From Chloropicon primus (lineage: Eukaryota): DNA of 64,000 nucleotides. Made by a program: the position numbers and the translations under genes. Below the pieces are notes generated by a model, which had not been told where the DNA came from, did no database searches, and saw nothing but the letters and a program-made list of their open reading frames with translations. The stretch lies in assembly GCA_023205875.1 (NCBI GenBank), contig CP060755.1, positions 1,054,001 to 1,118,000 on the forward strand, written 5' to 3'. This document shows positions 9,401 to 20,200 of the stretch, one piece after another. The stretch's first letter is position 1, and the number at the start of each line of letters is the position of its first letter.

Positions 9401-10543
9401 AGGGCGTTGCTCTGCCTTGATTTGCTGATAAGCACGACGATCAAGAACAGGGATAGGTTCCACCTCCTTTGGAGTGACACCTTCAACCACCTCAAGTCTA
9501 TCATCGACTCTGCGACACTGCTGAGTCCATTGGTGGAGAAGGGAGTCTTCGGATTGCTGAGGATATGCCAGAGGCTCGTTCCATACAAGGAAGACGTGGC
9601 CGATGAGCTGCTGAGGTCCCTGTCGCTCATTCTCAAGCTTGACGCCAAGGTTGCGGATATCCTCGCAGCGCAGCTCTTCGCTGAGCTCCTCCATCTGGTG
9701 AAGGGAAGCCCCGACCGCATTCAAACGGAGTTTTGCTGGAGGACCTTCAGCGCGATTCTTAGGGTGGGCGCTCATCACCTCGAGGCCTCGCCCGCTGGGT
9801 TCGAGATCCTGGAGATTTTCGTCCATGGGGCTGAGATCAAGGAGGAGAACCTGGTGCCACTGCTGGATGCGGTCCAGGCTTTTATTGAGGGGCACGCGGG
9901 AGGCGAGGACCAGTCGATGAAGGCCATGGATCAGCTGATGAACGTGGTCAGCAAGGTCAAGGCCTGGCCTGCTTCGGACAAGCTCTTTGGGTACTGGGTG
10001 AAGGCCGTGAATGTGGCCAAGCAGGCTTGCACCGACAGCCGCCCCCAGGTTCGAAACCATGCTTGCGTCATGCTCCAGCAGATTTTGCTGTCGTCCTACT
10101 CGATGGGACACACCGGGGAGCAGTGGGGGGACGTGATGAAGAACGTGGTGCTGGCAACAGTGAACACTCTGGTGACGCACGTCAAGAAGAGGAAGCAGCA
10201 AGAGTACCCTGATATGGACAAGACGGCAAGGATAGCGGTGCTCATGTTGAGCAAGGCCTTTTTGCAGTTCCTCCCTTCCCTCGCAGACTTGGAGTGCTTC
10301 TCGGACATCTGGCTGGAGCTGCTGTCGATACTGGATCTCTGCAACAGCTGTTCCTCCGAGGAGCTCTCGGAGGCCGTACCAGAGGCCTTGAAGAACATGA
10401 TCCTCGTCATGGCGACCGAAGGGATCTTGCACCCCGGGTGGACCGACAGCAAGAACATCAACCTGTGGAACGTGACGTGGCAGCGAGCGAGGAGCACGAG
10501 CCCGAACCTTGAGCCCGGTATGCTCAAGCAGTACACCGGATGA
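6488..10543 (+). CDS. GBF1: Large ARF guanine-nucleotide exchange factor, GBF1/GNOM class, ~1351 aa
   Basis: DCB (PFLDIVRSVETSGPITSTALSSI, HCRFEATD), HUS box (YANLDC), Sec7 glutamic finger FLPGEAQKIGRILEAF, and C-terminal EAVPEALKNMILVM. Confidence 0.92.
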   Translation: MDARQANILVGESAAVVAAMRQNSKWATVPRYMDGGPEDPLFEKFSTLRKRILNWTEWSDMSPDVFLEPFLDIVRSVETSGPITSTALSSIHVLLTENMLVDTEEGEAKAAMHKIVNAVTHCRFEATDPSSDEIVLSKILQVLLACIACPSGNLLSDDDVCNIIQACYRIGHQPGRSGSLLQQLSKNTLSDVIRTIFKRLRDIHRISKASPGEEGTTPTTSTAEQNGSPGNDGAAVSENGKGETEGGEEESPDSASPKPGEGPAASSSKVVEESKPYGINCLVEIFAFLTSLVSIEDVTDSEESCIYGLSMIRVALEAGLADFSLFPELMNVIRDDLMSNMMRIALIPNLAILSMVCSIAFLLYTHLRSFLRLQFEAFVTNVLLRISDGEYVSYEQQEIALESLVAFSRHPTFMVDLYANLDCSIDRGNVFEAVCNLLSKNTFPSNSQLASTHLLSLEGLLAIFNNLLERSKQQVEFKPKEFKDPSESSDAVWLPPPTSDFVSWAEQMKYKKYLKRRIDVGVDHFNRDPKKGFQFLQSINLLPQELTPESVARFLYTARGLSKNVVGELLGDPKEFYLKVLDYFVTLFDFKGMSFDHAIRRYLESFFLPGEAQKIGRILEAFSKRYYAQCPGIFANADAAYVLSYSLLMLHTDQHNDQVKKKMTVEEFIRNNRKINDGEDLPEEMLVDLYKSIATYEIRIQADGNKFDLSHAQWVDIVKRSGTPQGILVSCTMQPVFDYDMFALIWGPTIASISVVFDQAEDESIVQYTIDGFLSVAHLASVLHFCDAIDNLVISLCKFITSLTPKASESDAFIEDSKAMLALVTMFCIVNQYGDCVRNGWRSVIDCILKLHRLHLLPNKVTDMEEVRNTLRHSNSRSMNFNKNANLQTTILQSVSSFFSSDSAKEEEVKSPEMEEAEKRITTYIESCHIEEIFTESKFLEAESLKHLVSALIWSAGETPKGIANSEEEEERALLCLDLLISTTIKNRDRFHLLWSDTFNHLKSIIDSATLLSPLVEKGVFGLLRICQRLVPYKEDVADELLRSLSLILKLDAKVADILAAQLFAELLHLVKGSPDRIQTEFCWRTFSAILRVGAHHLEASPAGFEILEIFVHGAEIKEENLVPLLDAVQAFIEGHAGGEDQSMKAMDQLMNVVSKVKAWPASDKLFGYWVKAVNVAKQACTDSRPQVRNHACVMLQQILLSSYSMGHTGEQWGDVMKNVVLATVNTLVTHVKKRKQQEYPDMDKTARIAVLMLSKAFLQFLPSLADLECFSDIWLELLSILDLCNSCSSEELSEAVPEALKNMILVMATEGILHPGWTDSKNINLWNVTWQRARSTSPNLEPGMLKQYTG

Positions 10544-10756
10544 GGAGAGGAGTGGGACTTAAGTTATTTTTATGAAAACTTTATTACATTATATCATCGA
10601 TCTCCTATTGTTCTGCTCCCGCGACAAAAGACTTCGTCGTCAAGTGCCAGTGCTAGTCCTCACTTCTTGCTCAATGTCTTGCTCAAATGAAAATGTCTGG
10701 CAGTTTCAGGAGGGGCCGCTCGCTCGAGGGTCTCGAACGAACACGAGAGAGCAGAA

Positions 10757-13138
10757 ATGACTTCCAACGGCGTCGTGGCTCGGCAGACCACAATGGACCG
10801 CCTCGAGCTTGAGCGGCTGGACCCTGCGGGAGCCTTCTCCGACCCGAACTTTGACGCGAAAGCCTTCGTTTCCGACAGGTTGAGGTTGGAGGAGGGCAAC
10901 ACCGCTGATGCAGAGGTTCGCGTTCTTACCAAGGGGTTGGCGGGGATAGAGGAGAAGCTCCGGACTGAGATCTCCACGAAGACGGAGAGCCTCTTGGCGT
11001 CGCTGAGCTGCGTCGATGACCTCCACTCTCTCATCTCGTCCCTGAAGGAAGACTTGAAGGAGATCGAGTCGAAGATGAAGCAGGTTACGGCAAAGGTGCG
11101 AGAGCCCCAGTTGGTCTTGAGGCAGCAGTCCACGCAGCTCAGGTCGCTCAGGTCTGCGATAGCTCTGGTCATCTCCACGACCAACTACCTCAAGCTCGTG
11201 AAGAAGCTGAAGAAGAGCATGCAGGCGACCAAGGAGGGGGACGGGTCCAAGTTGGGGGAGCTTGCCAAGGCGGCCAAGCTGCTGAGGGAGATGAGAAACC
11301 TCCAGCAAGAGGACGGGAGCTTGGACAAGGTGAACGTGGTCAGGAGCCACGCGGCGTGGGTCCGTGAAACCTGGGAGGCAGTGTCCTTGTCGGCAAGGGA
11401 CGCTCTCCATTGCCGTGTGAGCGAGGCCAACTATGGGGACGTGGGGTTGGCCTTCCAGGTCTACTTCAACCTCGGCGAGCTGGAGCAGGTGGTGGAGAGG
11501 ACCCTGTTGCAGCACTCTGAAACGATCGCGAAATCGCTGGAGGTGGCTCTGACAAACCCTGCTGGCTCGAAAGGGGGCCAGGGTCGGAGCGGCCTGTTGG
11601 GGAACTTTGGGGTTTTCCTCAATGATGTTCTGGCCTGCATGCTGGACGTGTGGCAGATCCAGAGGGTCCTCTCCAGCAAGTTCGACCCCGCGACAAACAC
11701 GAGCTTCCTGGAGGTTTGCTCGTCCTCGAAGAAGAAAGGCGACGTGGACCAGCCTTACGCTTTGACGACGAACCTGTGGCATTCCACGTGCTCCACGCTG
11801 AGCTCAAGGCTTGGCACGGCGTTCTACAAGAGCATCTCCTTGAAGAACGAGCTGGTGAGCCACTATCCGGACCTCGCCCAGACCCTCAGATCCTTCGTGC
11901 GCCTGCTTCAAAAGGAAACTTCGCACACGAACGGAGTCCTGAGCGCCCTGCCGAATTACAAGTCGGCTGGCAACCAGTTGCTGCGGAGCGTGGAAGCTTA
12001 CCAGACCGCGTTCAAGGCAAAGTCTCTGAACAGAATGATCGAGGCCGTCAACATCTTGTTCAGCCCAAGCAGCAGGAGCCTTCCGACGTCAAGTGACATG
12101 AAGAGGAGCATCAAGTGCTTCTTCACGGAAATCCAGAGGTGCGAAACGGACGACGGAGATCTCATCCCAGCTTGCATCACGAATGTTGCCAAGGCCGTGA
12201 GGTTGATGAAAGAGAGGGCAGAGAAACTTGTCGCGTCGGGGCCAGAGGTAAAGAAAGTGAGCGGCGCTTGTACCAACCAGCAGCAGAGGAACATCGCTCT
12301 GTGCTGCCGGATCCAGGAAGTGTACACGACCCTGGGTCTCTTGTTGGCTAAGATCGACGACAGCGAGGCCAACGACGCCCTCTCCAACGCCCTTGAGGCC
12401 TTGAAGGACGTGTCCTCGGAGGCGGTGGCGCCGCTGTTCAGGTCGATGCTCGAGATGCTGGAGGGCTCCATTGTCCACGTCCAGGAGGAAAACTTTGCCA
12501 AGCGAGGAGACGGGTCGAGTGACATGTCAGTCTACTTGTCTGACTTGTTGATGAAAATATCGCACTGCAGAACAGAGTACCTGGCCAAGTTCAAGATCGA
12601 GTCCTCCAGCAGGAGCATAGCAAACGAAATGGTGAACGGCATGATAAAGAAGCTTGCTTCCAGGGTTCTTGAGTTTTACCTCAGGCACGCGGCACTGGTG
12701 AGGAACTTGGATGGCCCGGGGCGCAAGTGCCTCGCGAATGACATGAAGCAGATACAGGGTTCCATCGAAAAGGCCCTGTGCCCTTTGGAAGCTTTGGACG
12801 CCTTGGGGGGCAGCCAAAGATCTTTCCAGTCCTTTGTGACCATTCTCCTAACGGAAACGGATGACTTGAGGAGGCAAGAGGAGGAGCTTTCGAGCGTCCC
12901 CCCTGTGGACCTCGTGCACCACCTCTTCAGCCGGATGCCGGACTCGCTGCAATCGCCTCAAGAGGCTTCTGGCCTACCGACAGCAAAGTACGTCATCTGG
13001 ATGGAGCAGCACTCGACGCAAGAGATCTTGCAGGCGGCGGGGGAGGCCATCGAATCGTATGAGAGCAAAACCGAAGTTGGCCTGCCCAACGCCTGCTCGT
13101 TGGCGTTGGAGACCATTAAGGGCCAGAAAATAAAGTAA
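10757..13138 (+). CDS. COG5: Conserved oligomeric Golgi complex subunit 5
   Basis: N-terminal FSDPNFDAKAF, ELAKAAKLL, AFQVYFNLGEL, YLRHAALVRNL..G...LANDM, and HHLFSRMPDSLQSP; single 793-aa ORF. Confidence 0.85.
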   Translation: MTSNGVVARQTTMDRLELERLDPAGAFSDPNFDAKAFVSDRLRLEEGNTADAEVRVLTKGLAGIEEKLRTEISTKTESLLASLSCVDDLHSLISSLKEDLKEIESKMKQVTAKVREPQLVLRQQSTQLRSLRSAIALVISTTNYLKLVKKLKKSMQATKEGDGSKLGELAKAAKLLREMRNLQQEDGSLDKVNVVRSHAAWVRETWEAVSLSARDALHCRVSEANYGDVGLAFQVYFNLGELEQVVERTLLQHSETIAKSLEVALTNPAGSKGGQGRSGLLGNFGVFLNDVLACMLDVWQIQRVLSSKFDPATNTSFLEVCSSSKKKGDVDQPYALTTNLWHSTCSTLSSRLGTAFYKSISLKNELVSHYPDLAQTLRSFVRLLQKETSHTNGVLSALPNYKSAGNQLLRSVEAYQTAFKAKSLNRMIEAVNILFSPSSRSLPTSSDMKRSIKCFFTEIQRCETDDGDLIPACITNVAKAVRLMKERAEKLVASGPEVKKVSGACTNQQQRNIALCCRIQEVYTTLGLLLAKIDDSEANDALSNALEALKDVSSEAVAPLFRSMLEMLEGSIVHVQEENFAKRGDGSSDMSVYLSDLLMKISHCRTEYLAKFKIESSSRSIANEMVNGMIKKLASRVLEFYLRHAALVRNLDGPGRKCLANDMKQIQGSIEKALCPLEALDALGGSQRSFQSFVTILLTETDDLRRQEEELSSVPPVDLVHHLFSRMPDSLQSPQEASGLPTAKYVIWMEQHSTQEILQAAGEAIESYESKTEVGLPNACSLALETIKGQKIK

Positions 13139-13192
13139 GAATATATAAGTTAACGAATATGTACACACAGTTTTACCCTGCGAAACCCAGTG

Positions 13193-13855
13193 TCAGCCCT
13201 TGATCCTCTTCACCAGCCTTCCCCAGAGGGACGGCTTGCCCGTCTCCTCGGCGCCCCCCCCCGGCACCGGCGCGGTTGGGACCCCCCGGTCCACCGTCTC
13301 GACTTCCTGCGCGTCCTTCCCTTCCGCCTCGTTCCCCTCAAGGCTCCTCGCCAAGGTCTTGAGGTGCCCGAAGGGGAAGGACAGGGCTCCGCCGGCAAGG
13401 GCGCCGACCCCGGCACCCCTGACCCCCATCCACCTCACCCCGATCACCGTGCCCAGGGCGGAACCGGCGCAGACCGAACCCCAGGCGTCCGCGTTTTCCC
13501 GAACTGCCTCGACCCCCTGCTCCACAGCGACGTAGGCCGCGGATATGAGGCCGAAAGCGATGCAGGTTTTCGTCGCCGAGGTGCACACCTTGAGCATCCT
13601 CAACCCGTGAGCCTCCTTCGACGCGTGGTACCTCAGCATCCGCTTCATCTTCGGCGTGGCGAAGGACTTGTCAGGATATTTCCTCCTCAACTTCTCCTCC
13701 TCCTGCAGAATTGCGCCTTCGGTTATCAAGTTCGTCGTGTTCCTCCATTCCCTCGCCCCCCCCAAGACCACCCCAAAGAGCCCACAGTAGCTCGCCGCCT
13801 CCGCCACTTCCTTCGTCCTCACCCCCTTCCGCACCTTGTCATAGTACTCCTCCAT
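13193..13855 (-). CDS. Tim17/Tim22/Tim23-like membrane protein, ~220 aa
   Basis: Gly-rich TM helices (GLFGVVLGG, CAGSALGTVIG, GVGALAGGALS) and the VEAVRENADAWGSV pattern of the Tim17 family. Confidence 0.6.
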   Translation of the reverse strand: MEEYYDKVRKGVRTKEVAEAASYCGLFGVVLGGAREWRNTTNLITEGAILQEEEKLRRKYPDKSFATPKMKRMLRYHASKEAHGLRMLKVCTSATKTCIAFGLISAAYVAVEQGVEAVRENADAWGSVCAGSALGTVIGVRWMGVRGAGVGALAGGALSFPFGHLKTLARSLEGNEAEGKDAQEVETVDRGVPTAPVPGGGAEETGKPSLWGRLVKRIKG

Positions 13856-13908
13856 CGCACACAGAGAGAGAGAGAAGGTTCCTCCACCAGCTTGTGAGTG
13901 TGAGGGCG

Positions 13909-13955
13909 GCCGACCGACCGACCGACCGACCGACCTCAAACGCACGCACGCACGC
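13909..13955. repeat. (CCGA)n followed by (GCAC)n tetranucleotide repeats in a divergent promoter region
   Basis: Read directly. Confidence 0.8.
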
Positions 13956-14305
13956 ACGACGAAACTCCGCGTGCGGAGGCCTCACGATCTGCAACGACAC
14001 CGCAACTCCGGCAGCAAACCTAGCTTGGTCGACTCGGCCCGCTTCGCGCTCGCGCTCAGAGGATCTCGTGGTGGAGGATCCGCGGTCGTCAATCGTCGTC
14101 ACAACAGGGACAGGGACAGGGCAGGGACCGAGGCGACGACGACAAGGGAGGTTGGAACGGGAGGGTGGGAGGGTTGCAGGCGAGACCGTGTTCTCTTTGT
14201 CTTTCGAACGGGCCGTCGTTCGAAGGAAACGACGCGAGGGGGAGGACTCGAGGACACGAAAAGGGGGAGGGAGGGAGACACAGGCAGAGACGACAGGACA
14301 GGGAG

Positions 14306-15322
14306 ATGTTGGAGGGAAGGAGTGTGGCGAGGGCGGTGGCGGGGGGTGCTGGGTGCACCCTATGTCGTCGGACGAGCACGGTGGCGAGGTGGAGGGCGTC
14401 GGGAAGGGGGGGGAGGTCGAGCAGCTCCATGATCCTGTTGCCTCTCAGCAACAACAGGATGATCAGGTGGGGGGGGAGAACACAGCAGCTGGAGAAGGGT
14501 CTCAGCGTCGTGGCACGTGCGGGGGGGGGCAAGGAGCGTCCATCGATATCGAAGGAGGCCCTGCTGCGCTCGGAGGTGGAGGCGCCCTTCAGGTTCTTTC
14601 GAATATTTCTGTGGCTAGCGCTCGCGGCGTCCGCAGGCCTTGGTGGGCTCATTGCGACTGTGAGGGTAGCTGCTGGTCTGGCTAAGGGCGAGATAGGGCT
14701 GACCTTCGCGGACTTCCTGAACTCGGAGGACGTCACGGGCCTCGCGATAGACTTGGCCGCCCTCTCCACCATGCTCTTCCTTTACAGGAGGGACGCAGCC
14801 GCGAGGGACAAGCAGATCAAGAGGCTCCAGAGGGAGACGACGTTGGCGCAGTTGAAGGTCGAAATCAATCTGAAGAAGCCAAGGCTGGTCACGCTGCAGC
14901 AGCTTCAGGGCTTCGCAAGGACGGTGATCGTCGCGGGGACCCAGGAGTACGTGGTGGAGTCGGTGAGGAAGGCTGCGGAGGACAAGGAGATGGTGAAGGA
15001 CAGGAGCATTTGCATCATCCCCCTCGTCCTGGGAGACGAGCAGCAGGTCGACCATGCTTTGCTGTCAGAGCTGATCCCGGACCCTGAGGTGCTCCTCTCT
15101 CCCATTCTCATCGGGCAGTGGAGGGCATGGATGGCCGATCAGATGGAGGAAGCTGGCGTGGACCAGGGTCAGAACGTGTACATAGGGCTCAGAATGGACG
15201 GACGGGTCCGAGCGAGCGGCAGGGGGACCCCTCCGTGGAGGAAATTCGTAGCCGAGCTCACCCCGAAGGAGGGCATCTGGTCGTCAGACTTTATGAAGGG
15301 ATTTGACGGCAGGGTAAATTAG
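14306..15322 (+). CDS. LPA1: LOW PSII ACCUMULATION 1-like thylakoid protein (DUF3493)
   Basis: Transit-peptide-like N-terminus, LRSEVEAPFR motif, two TM helices, and VYIGLRMDGRVRASGRGTPPW...GFDGRV. Confidence 0.88.
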   Translation: MLEGRSVARAVAGGAGCTLCRRTSTVARWRASGRGGRSSSSMILLPLSNNRMIRWGGRTQQLEKGLSVVARAGGGKERPSISKEALLRSEVEAPFRFFRIFLWLALAASAGLGGLIATVRVAAGLAKGEIGLTFADFLNSEDVTGLAIDLAALSTMLFLYRRDAAARDKQIKRLQRETTLAQLKVEINLKKPRLVTLQQLQGFARTVIVAGTQEYVVESVRKAAEDKEMVKDRSICIIPLVLGDEQQVDHALLSELIPDPEVLLSPILIGQWRAWMADQMEEAGVDQGQNVYIGLRMDGRVRASGRGTPPWRKFVAELTPKEGIWSSDFMKGFDGRVN

Positions 15323-15348
15323 AGCAAATAACAACAACACAGTGTAAT

Positions 15349-16972
15349 TCAAGGTTCTTCTGTCTCCATTGTTATGGTCGGATACTGAGGGTTCGCGGGC
15401 GGCGCTGCAACAGGAGTCGGCGCTAAAGCAGGAGGACTCTTCTTCTTCTTCTTCGCACTCTCTTCTGTACTCGAACTGGAGCTCCGCGACGACCGTCGTG
15501 AACCAGGATGGACTGTCTTCCCTCCCTCTCTATCTTGCCGAAACACTGACTGGAGAATTTCTATTCTTCCCTGCTTGTAAAGACACATTAAGGACAGCAG
15601 AACCAAAACGCAGACCGAGGAGAACACTATGAGCTCCACGATACCCCCGAGAACCAGGAAGCCTAGGCTTATTCCCGCGACGCCCAACGACAAGAGTGGG
15701 AAATGAATCAGTTTGCCCCGCGTGGTTTTGAAGATGCCTATGGCTCCTTCGCCACAACACACGAGGAATGCGATGAAATACACAAATACCCACACTGCAG
15801 TCAGGGTGAGATGGAGCAGCACCCAAAACACGTTTGGGTGGAAGTAAGCCATCCCCTTCTCGTGGCAGCTGATGATGGAAAGGTGAGAGAGTCAGAGGAA
15901 TCAAATATGCCCACCACGGCACGGCAAAGTCAGGAAACAAACCTATGAGAAGAGCAGACCTGGACGAGACTTACCTCCACTCCTCGCAGTAAAGCCCGCT
16001 CTGGGCAACAGTAATGCAATGGCAGTGACTCAACTCGAACTCAGACCTTGATTCGATGTCCCCCATCCATTCGGCTACAACTTTCCCATTTTGATCCAAG
16101 CTGATGGCCGTGTACCACTCCTCCTCGACGTCGTGCCTCCCAGCGTCGTCGAATTCTAGGCAGAACCACTTCACACAGCTTCCGGCGTAGTCCTCCCGGC
16201 ACTCACACAAGCTTCGCTCGGTCTCAACCTCTGGGCCGACGTGGACGCAATTATCTTGGCAGTCTATGCATTGATAAGGGAAGAAGTTCCACGGCCCCTG
16301 AGGCATCAGGGACGGGTCGTATCCGGGAAAGCGGTCTTGAAGCCAAGTTTTCCTGGTCGCTCGATCGTAGGGCCAAGACCAACCATACCTTCCCCAATCC
16401 CAGCGGTCAAACCACCTGCGGCTTGTTTGGTCGATCATAGCCGCTTGAGGGGGGCACTTTGAGACCTCAATCTGCTCGCACGACCACTCGCTGCAGAACG
16501 TGCGGTTGAAATTCGGGCCGATCCAAGTCTTCGTCTTGTCGCAGGTACACGAACCAGCTTCCCACTCGTCTCTCGAATCCTCGCTACTGAGCCATTTCTC
16601 GCAGTGCGTGCCATCCCGGGCTGGAGTAATGCACTTGGAGTACTCGTCCTCCTCGTCCCACTTGAGCTTGTGAAGCGGATACCCGCCGTTATACCAGGGA
16701 AAACCTTCACAGACATGTCCAGCTCTTTTTGCTATCTCTTCATCGCTGCAGGCCATGGCCGAAGAATTATATTCTAGCGGCGAGAGGTCCTTGGTTCTGC
16801 ACCTGTGCCGCTCGTGGCAGTGGAGCCCCCACCCCATGTTCTCTCGGCAAGAGACCTCGTTCTTGGGATCCAGGTTGCATACCTCGCTGTTCTCGAAACG
16901 CTCTCCCGCTTGGCACACGGACAGGCCGAGGGCCAGCCAAAGGCCCAGGTGCAGAACAAAACCTTTGCTCAT
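15349..16972 (-). CDS. Uncharacterised protein: signal peptide, Cys/Trp-rich ectodomain, C-terminal multi-TM region; exons 16972-15975 and 15868-15349, ~505 aa
   Basis: Signal peptide MSKGFVLHLGLWLALGLSVCQA. Donor AG|GTAAGT, branch CTGAC and acceptor CATCAG| join the 333-aa and 167-aa ORFs in frame (EEWSCHEKGMAY). Confidence 0.75.
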
Positions 16973-17204
16973 TCAGAGAGGAAAAGGCGGCACCTTTGTC
17001 CCCAGCAAGAGACCCAGCCAAGCCTGAACAGGAAGCCTCCCTTCCAGCCAGCCTAGCCTGATCCTCCTGGCAATTCCTCATCGAGCTCCAGGAAGGGGAG
17101 GAAGAGGAAGAAAAAACCTAAGAACAGAGGGGAGAGGGAGGAAAAGGCCGCGCTACTTGGTGGTGCTTGGTGGCGCGTGCTCGAGGAGGAGAAGGTGGGG
17201 GAGA

Positions 17205-20200
17205 ATGGCGGAGGGGGAGATGGCCAAGAGGCCGGAAGGGTTTCCTAGAGCGAATTTTATAAAGAGCGTGGAGGGCATCCAGAAAGCATGCGGGTGGAGG
17301 TTGGACTTGAGGCCCCTCTCGCAACAGTGCGGGGTCCTGCTGAAGACGGTGAAGGAGAATCCAGACTTCGTGCTGGAGGTGATAACCTCGGAGGATAGCA
17401 TGATATTGGCGACCCTCCTGCACGCTGTGAGCTCGAACTACCCGCCTCGGCTAACGGAGCCGGCTCTGAGTTACTTGCACCGCCTGATAGCGGGGGGGCT
17501 CGTGGTGGGGGAGAGCGGGGAGAAGGGAGAGAGGAGGATGGTCGACACGGTCGTGGAGAAGATCTGTGATCTCGGGGCCTCGTCCGCCGAGCCTGTTCAG
17601 CTGGCCGTCCTCAAGTCCCTCCTCACGATCTGCACGTCAGAGACGTTCTGCGTCAAGGGGGAGAGGCTCCTGCAGGCCTTCAAAATGATCTTTAACCTCG
17701 CAGTTGGAAGCAACTTCGACGGAATCAAGAGGTGCGCCACTGCGTCCCTGCAGCAGCTCTTGAGCGTGTGGTTCAGGAAGGCGGCTGCGGACTTCTCAGC
17801 CCAGTCCCAAAATCCTGAAGGTGCAGACAACGACTTGGACGTGGCGAACATCGCCAACTTGGCAGAGAAGGCAGACATCCATGGCCTCGAGAAGGTGTTG
17901 ACGAGGAGGCTGTCCTCCCAGGGGCGGGAGCTGTCGGATTCTGTGGAGAAGGGTGACGGGATGTCGGTCCCGTCGACTCCATCCAGGAAGAATCGCCCCT
18001 CGGCTCAACCCCTTGCTGGCCTGGAGGTTGACCTGTTTGTGCTCCTTCGTTCCTTGTGCCGCCTGGGAGCCAGGACCATCGACCAGTCCACCTCTGACAA
18101 CTTCATCGTCGAGGGGAAGCTGCTGGCCTTGGGGCTGATCAAGCACGTCTTGCAGTTCCAGGCGTGGGAGTCTCTGTCGAACAGATTCATACAGAGGGCC
18201 AGAAACTTGCTTAGCGTCATGCTCATTCGTAACGCAAACTGCTCTCTTGAGACCTCTGCAGTGAAACAGATTGAGATTCTCTCCAAGGTCATTGTGCAGC
18301 CCCGGCTCCTTGCGGCGATGAAGCCAGAGGCCGGAGCTTTCATGCCCCTTTTCATCATTCGCCACCTGGAAGTGTTCTCTCCGGAGGAGCACTTGCTGAA
18401 AGCGGCCTGCTCTGCTCTCTGTGTGCTGTGCACGAAAGAACAGCTCCTGGTGGACCTCTTTGTAAATTACGATTGTGAGATGAACTCCACAAACATTTTT
18501 GACAGAATAGTCAAGGGGCTATGCTACGTCATCATCAGCCAGCCAATTTATGATGCGGCGACGCTGGGGAAAATGAAGGTCCTTGCTTGCAAAGCTCTCT
18601 TCCAGTGCGTGAAAATTCTGAGAGACTGGTTCAGCAGCCACCAGGTGAAGAAGGTGTCTGACGGGGAAGGCAGTGCCAACGGCGGCGTGACCGCCAATGG
18701 AGAGGCGAAAGAAGAAGCGTCGCGCGGGAGGGAGTTCCTAAGACTGAAGAGCAAGAAAGACTCGTTGAGCGGTGGCATTGATACTTTCAATTGCCATCCA
18801 ATCAAAGGTATGAAGTCTCTTATCCGTTCGGGGGTGTTAGAGAGCTCAGTCGATGCTCAGGCCGAGTTTCTGTACAAGACAACGGGGTTAAACAAGGACG
18901 CAAAGGGGGAGTTCCTGGGTCATCACGAGGAGAACCAGGTCTCGGTGATGCACAAGTACGCAGACTTCTTTGATTTCGCTGGGATGGAGTTTGATGAAGC
19001 AATGAGGGCATACCTTGACACTTTCAGGCTTCCGGGGGAGGCCCAGCAGATAGACAGAATCATGGAGAAATTTGCAGATCGTTATTGCACCTGCAATCAG
19101 GGAACTTTCCATTCGGCTGATCAAGCGTACATGCTCGCTTATGCGATTATCATGCTGAACACCGACGTGCACAATCCCCTGGCAGAGCATCTCATGTCAA
19201 AGGTCGATTTTATCGGAATGGTGAACCAGTGCCCAGTGGAGGGAGAGGAGCACCACACCCTCCCGGAGGAGTACCTGGCCGCAATCTTTGATCGGATTTC
19301 ATCCTCCCAAATCAAAATGAGTGATGACACGGCAAAGAGCAGCGAGCCTCAGAACGCAGACAAAGTTATGGCAAGCCCGCTGATGAAGGTCTTGAGAAAA
19401 GCTCTTCCGTTCCAAAGGGTGCTGGGCGACGACAGCGCTTCCCAGGCAATGCCTTCTCTCGATGGTGTAAAGGAGATTCTCAGGAAACACCAGGGTCAGG
19501 ACGGCGGTGCTGCGGGTGTGTGGAACACGGCGGAACATAGTGAGATAGCCATTCTGATGTGCGCGACTCTTTGTAAGCATTCCTTGGATATCTTCGATTC
19601 CTTGGACAAGATCAAGGTCAGCATGGACAGCTTCAAGGTCATCATCCAGTGCATAAAGGAGTCGATTATACTGACGGGAATGATGGAGCAGAAGGAGAGC
19701 TGTGACAAATTGGTTTGCAAGCTATCGGATCTTGTTGGATTCGGCGATGCGAACACGTTTCCGTTGACCCTACCTGACAGCATGAGAATGGAAGCTTTTA
19801 AAAGCCTCCTCGATATTACGCTGAATCACCCGGACTTGATCCAGGGGTCATGGACCCACGTGTTCAGGTGCTTGTCACGGGCCCAGTACTTTGCACTGAA
19901 CAGATCCGAGGTCGAAGTCATGAGAAAGTTTGATAGGACTGCCTATGACATAGTGTACAACAAACGACCAGGGAGCTCGGACCTTTCCATCTACTTCGGG
20001 CGGGAGGGGCTGCAGCTAATCGACCACTTATTCTCGGGATCAGGCAACATGACGGGGCAGACCATTGTTATGTTCGTGAGCGCTATGTGCGCTGTGAGCA
20101 GGGAAGAACTTGAGGAACCCATGTTCAAGGGTCTTGAGCTCCTTTTGCTGCAAAGGCTCGTCGAGACTGTTCACCATAACCTTGATAGGATCAGGATGGT

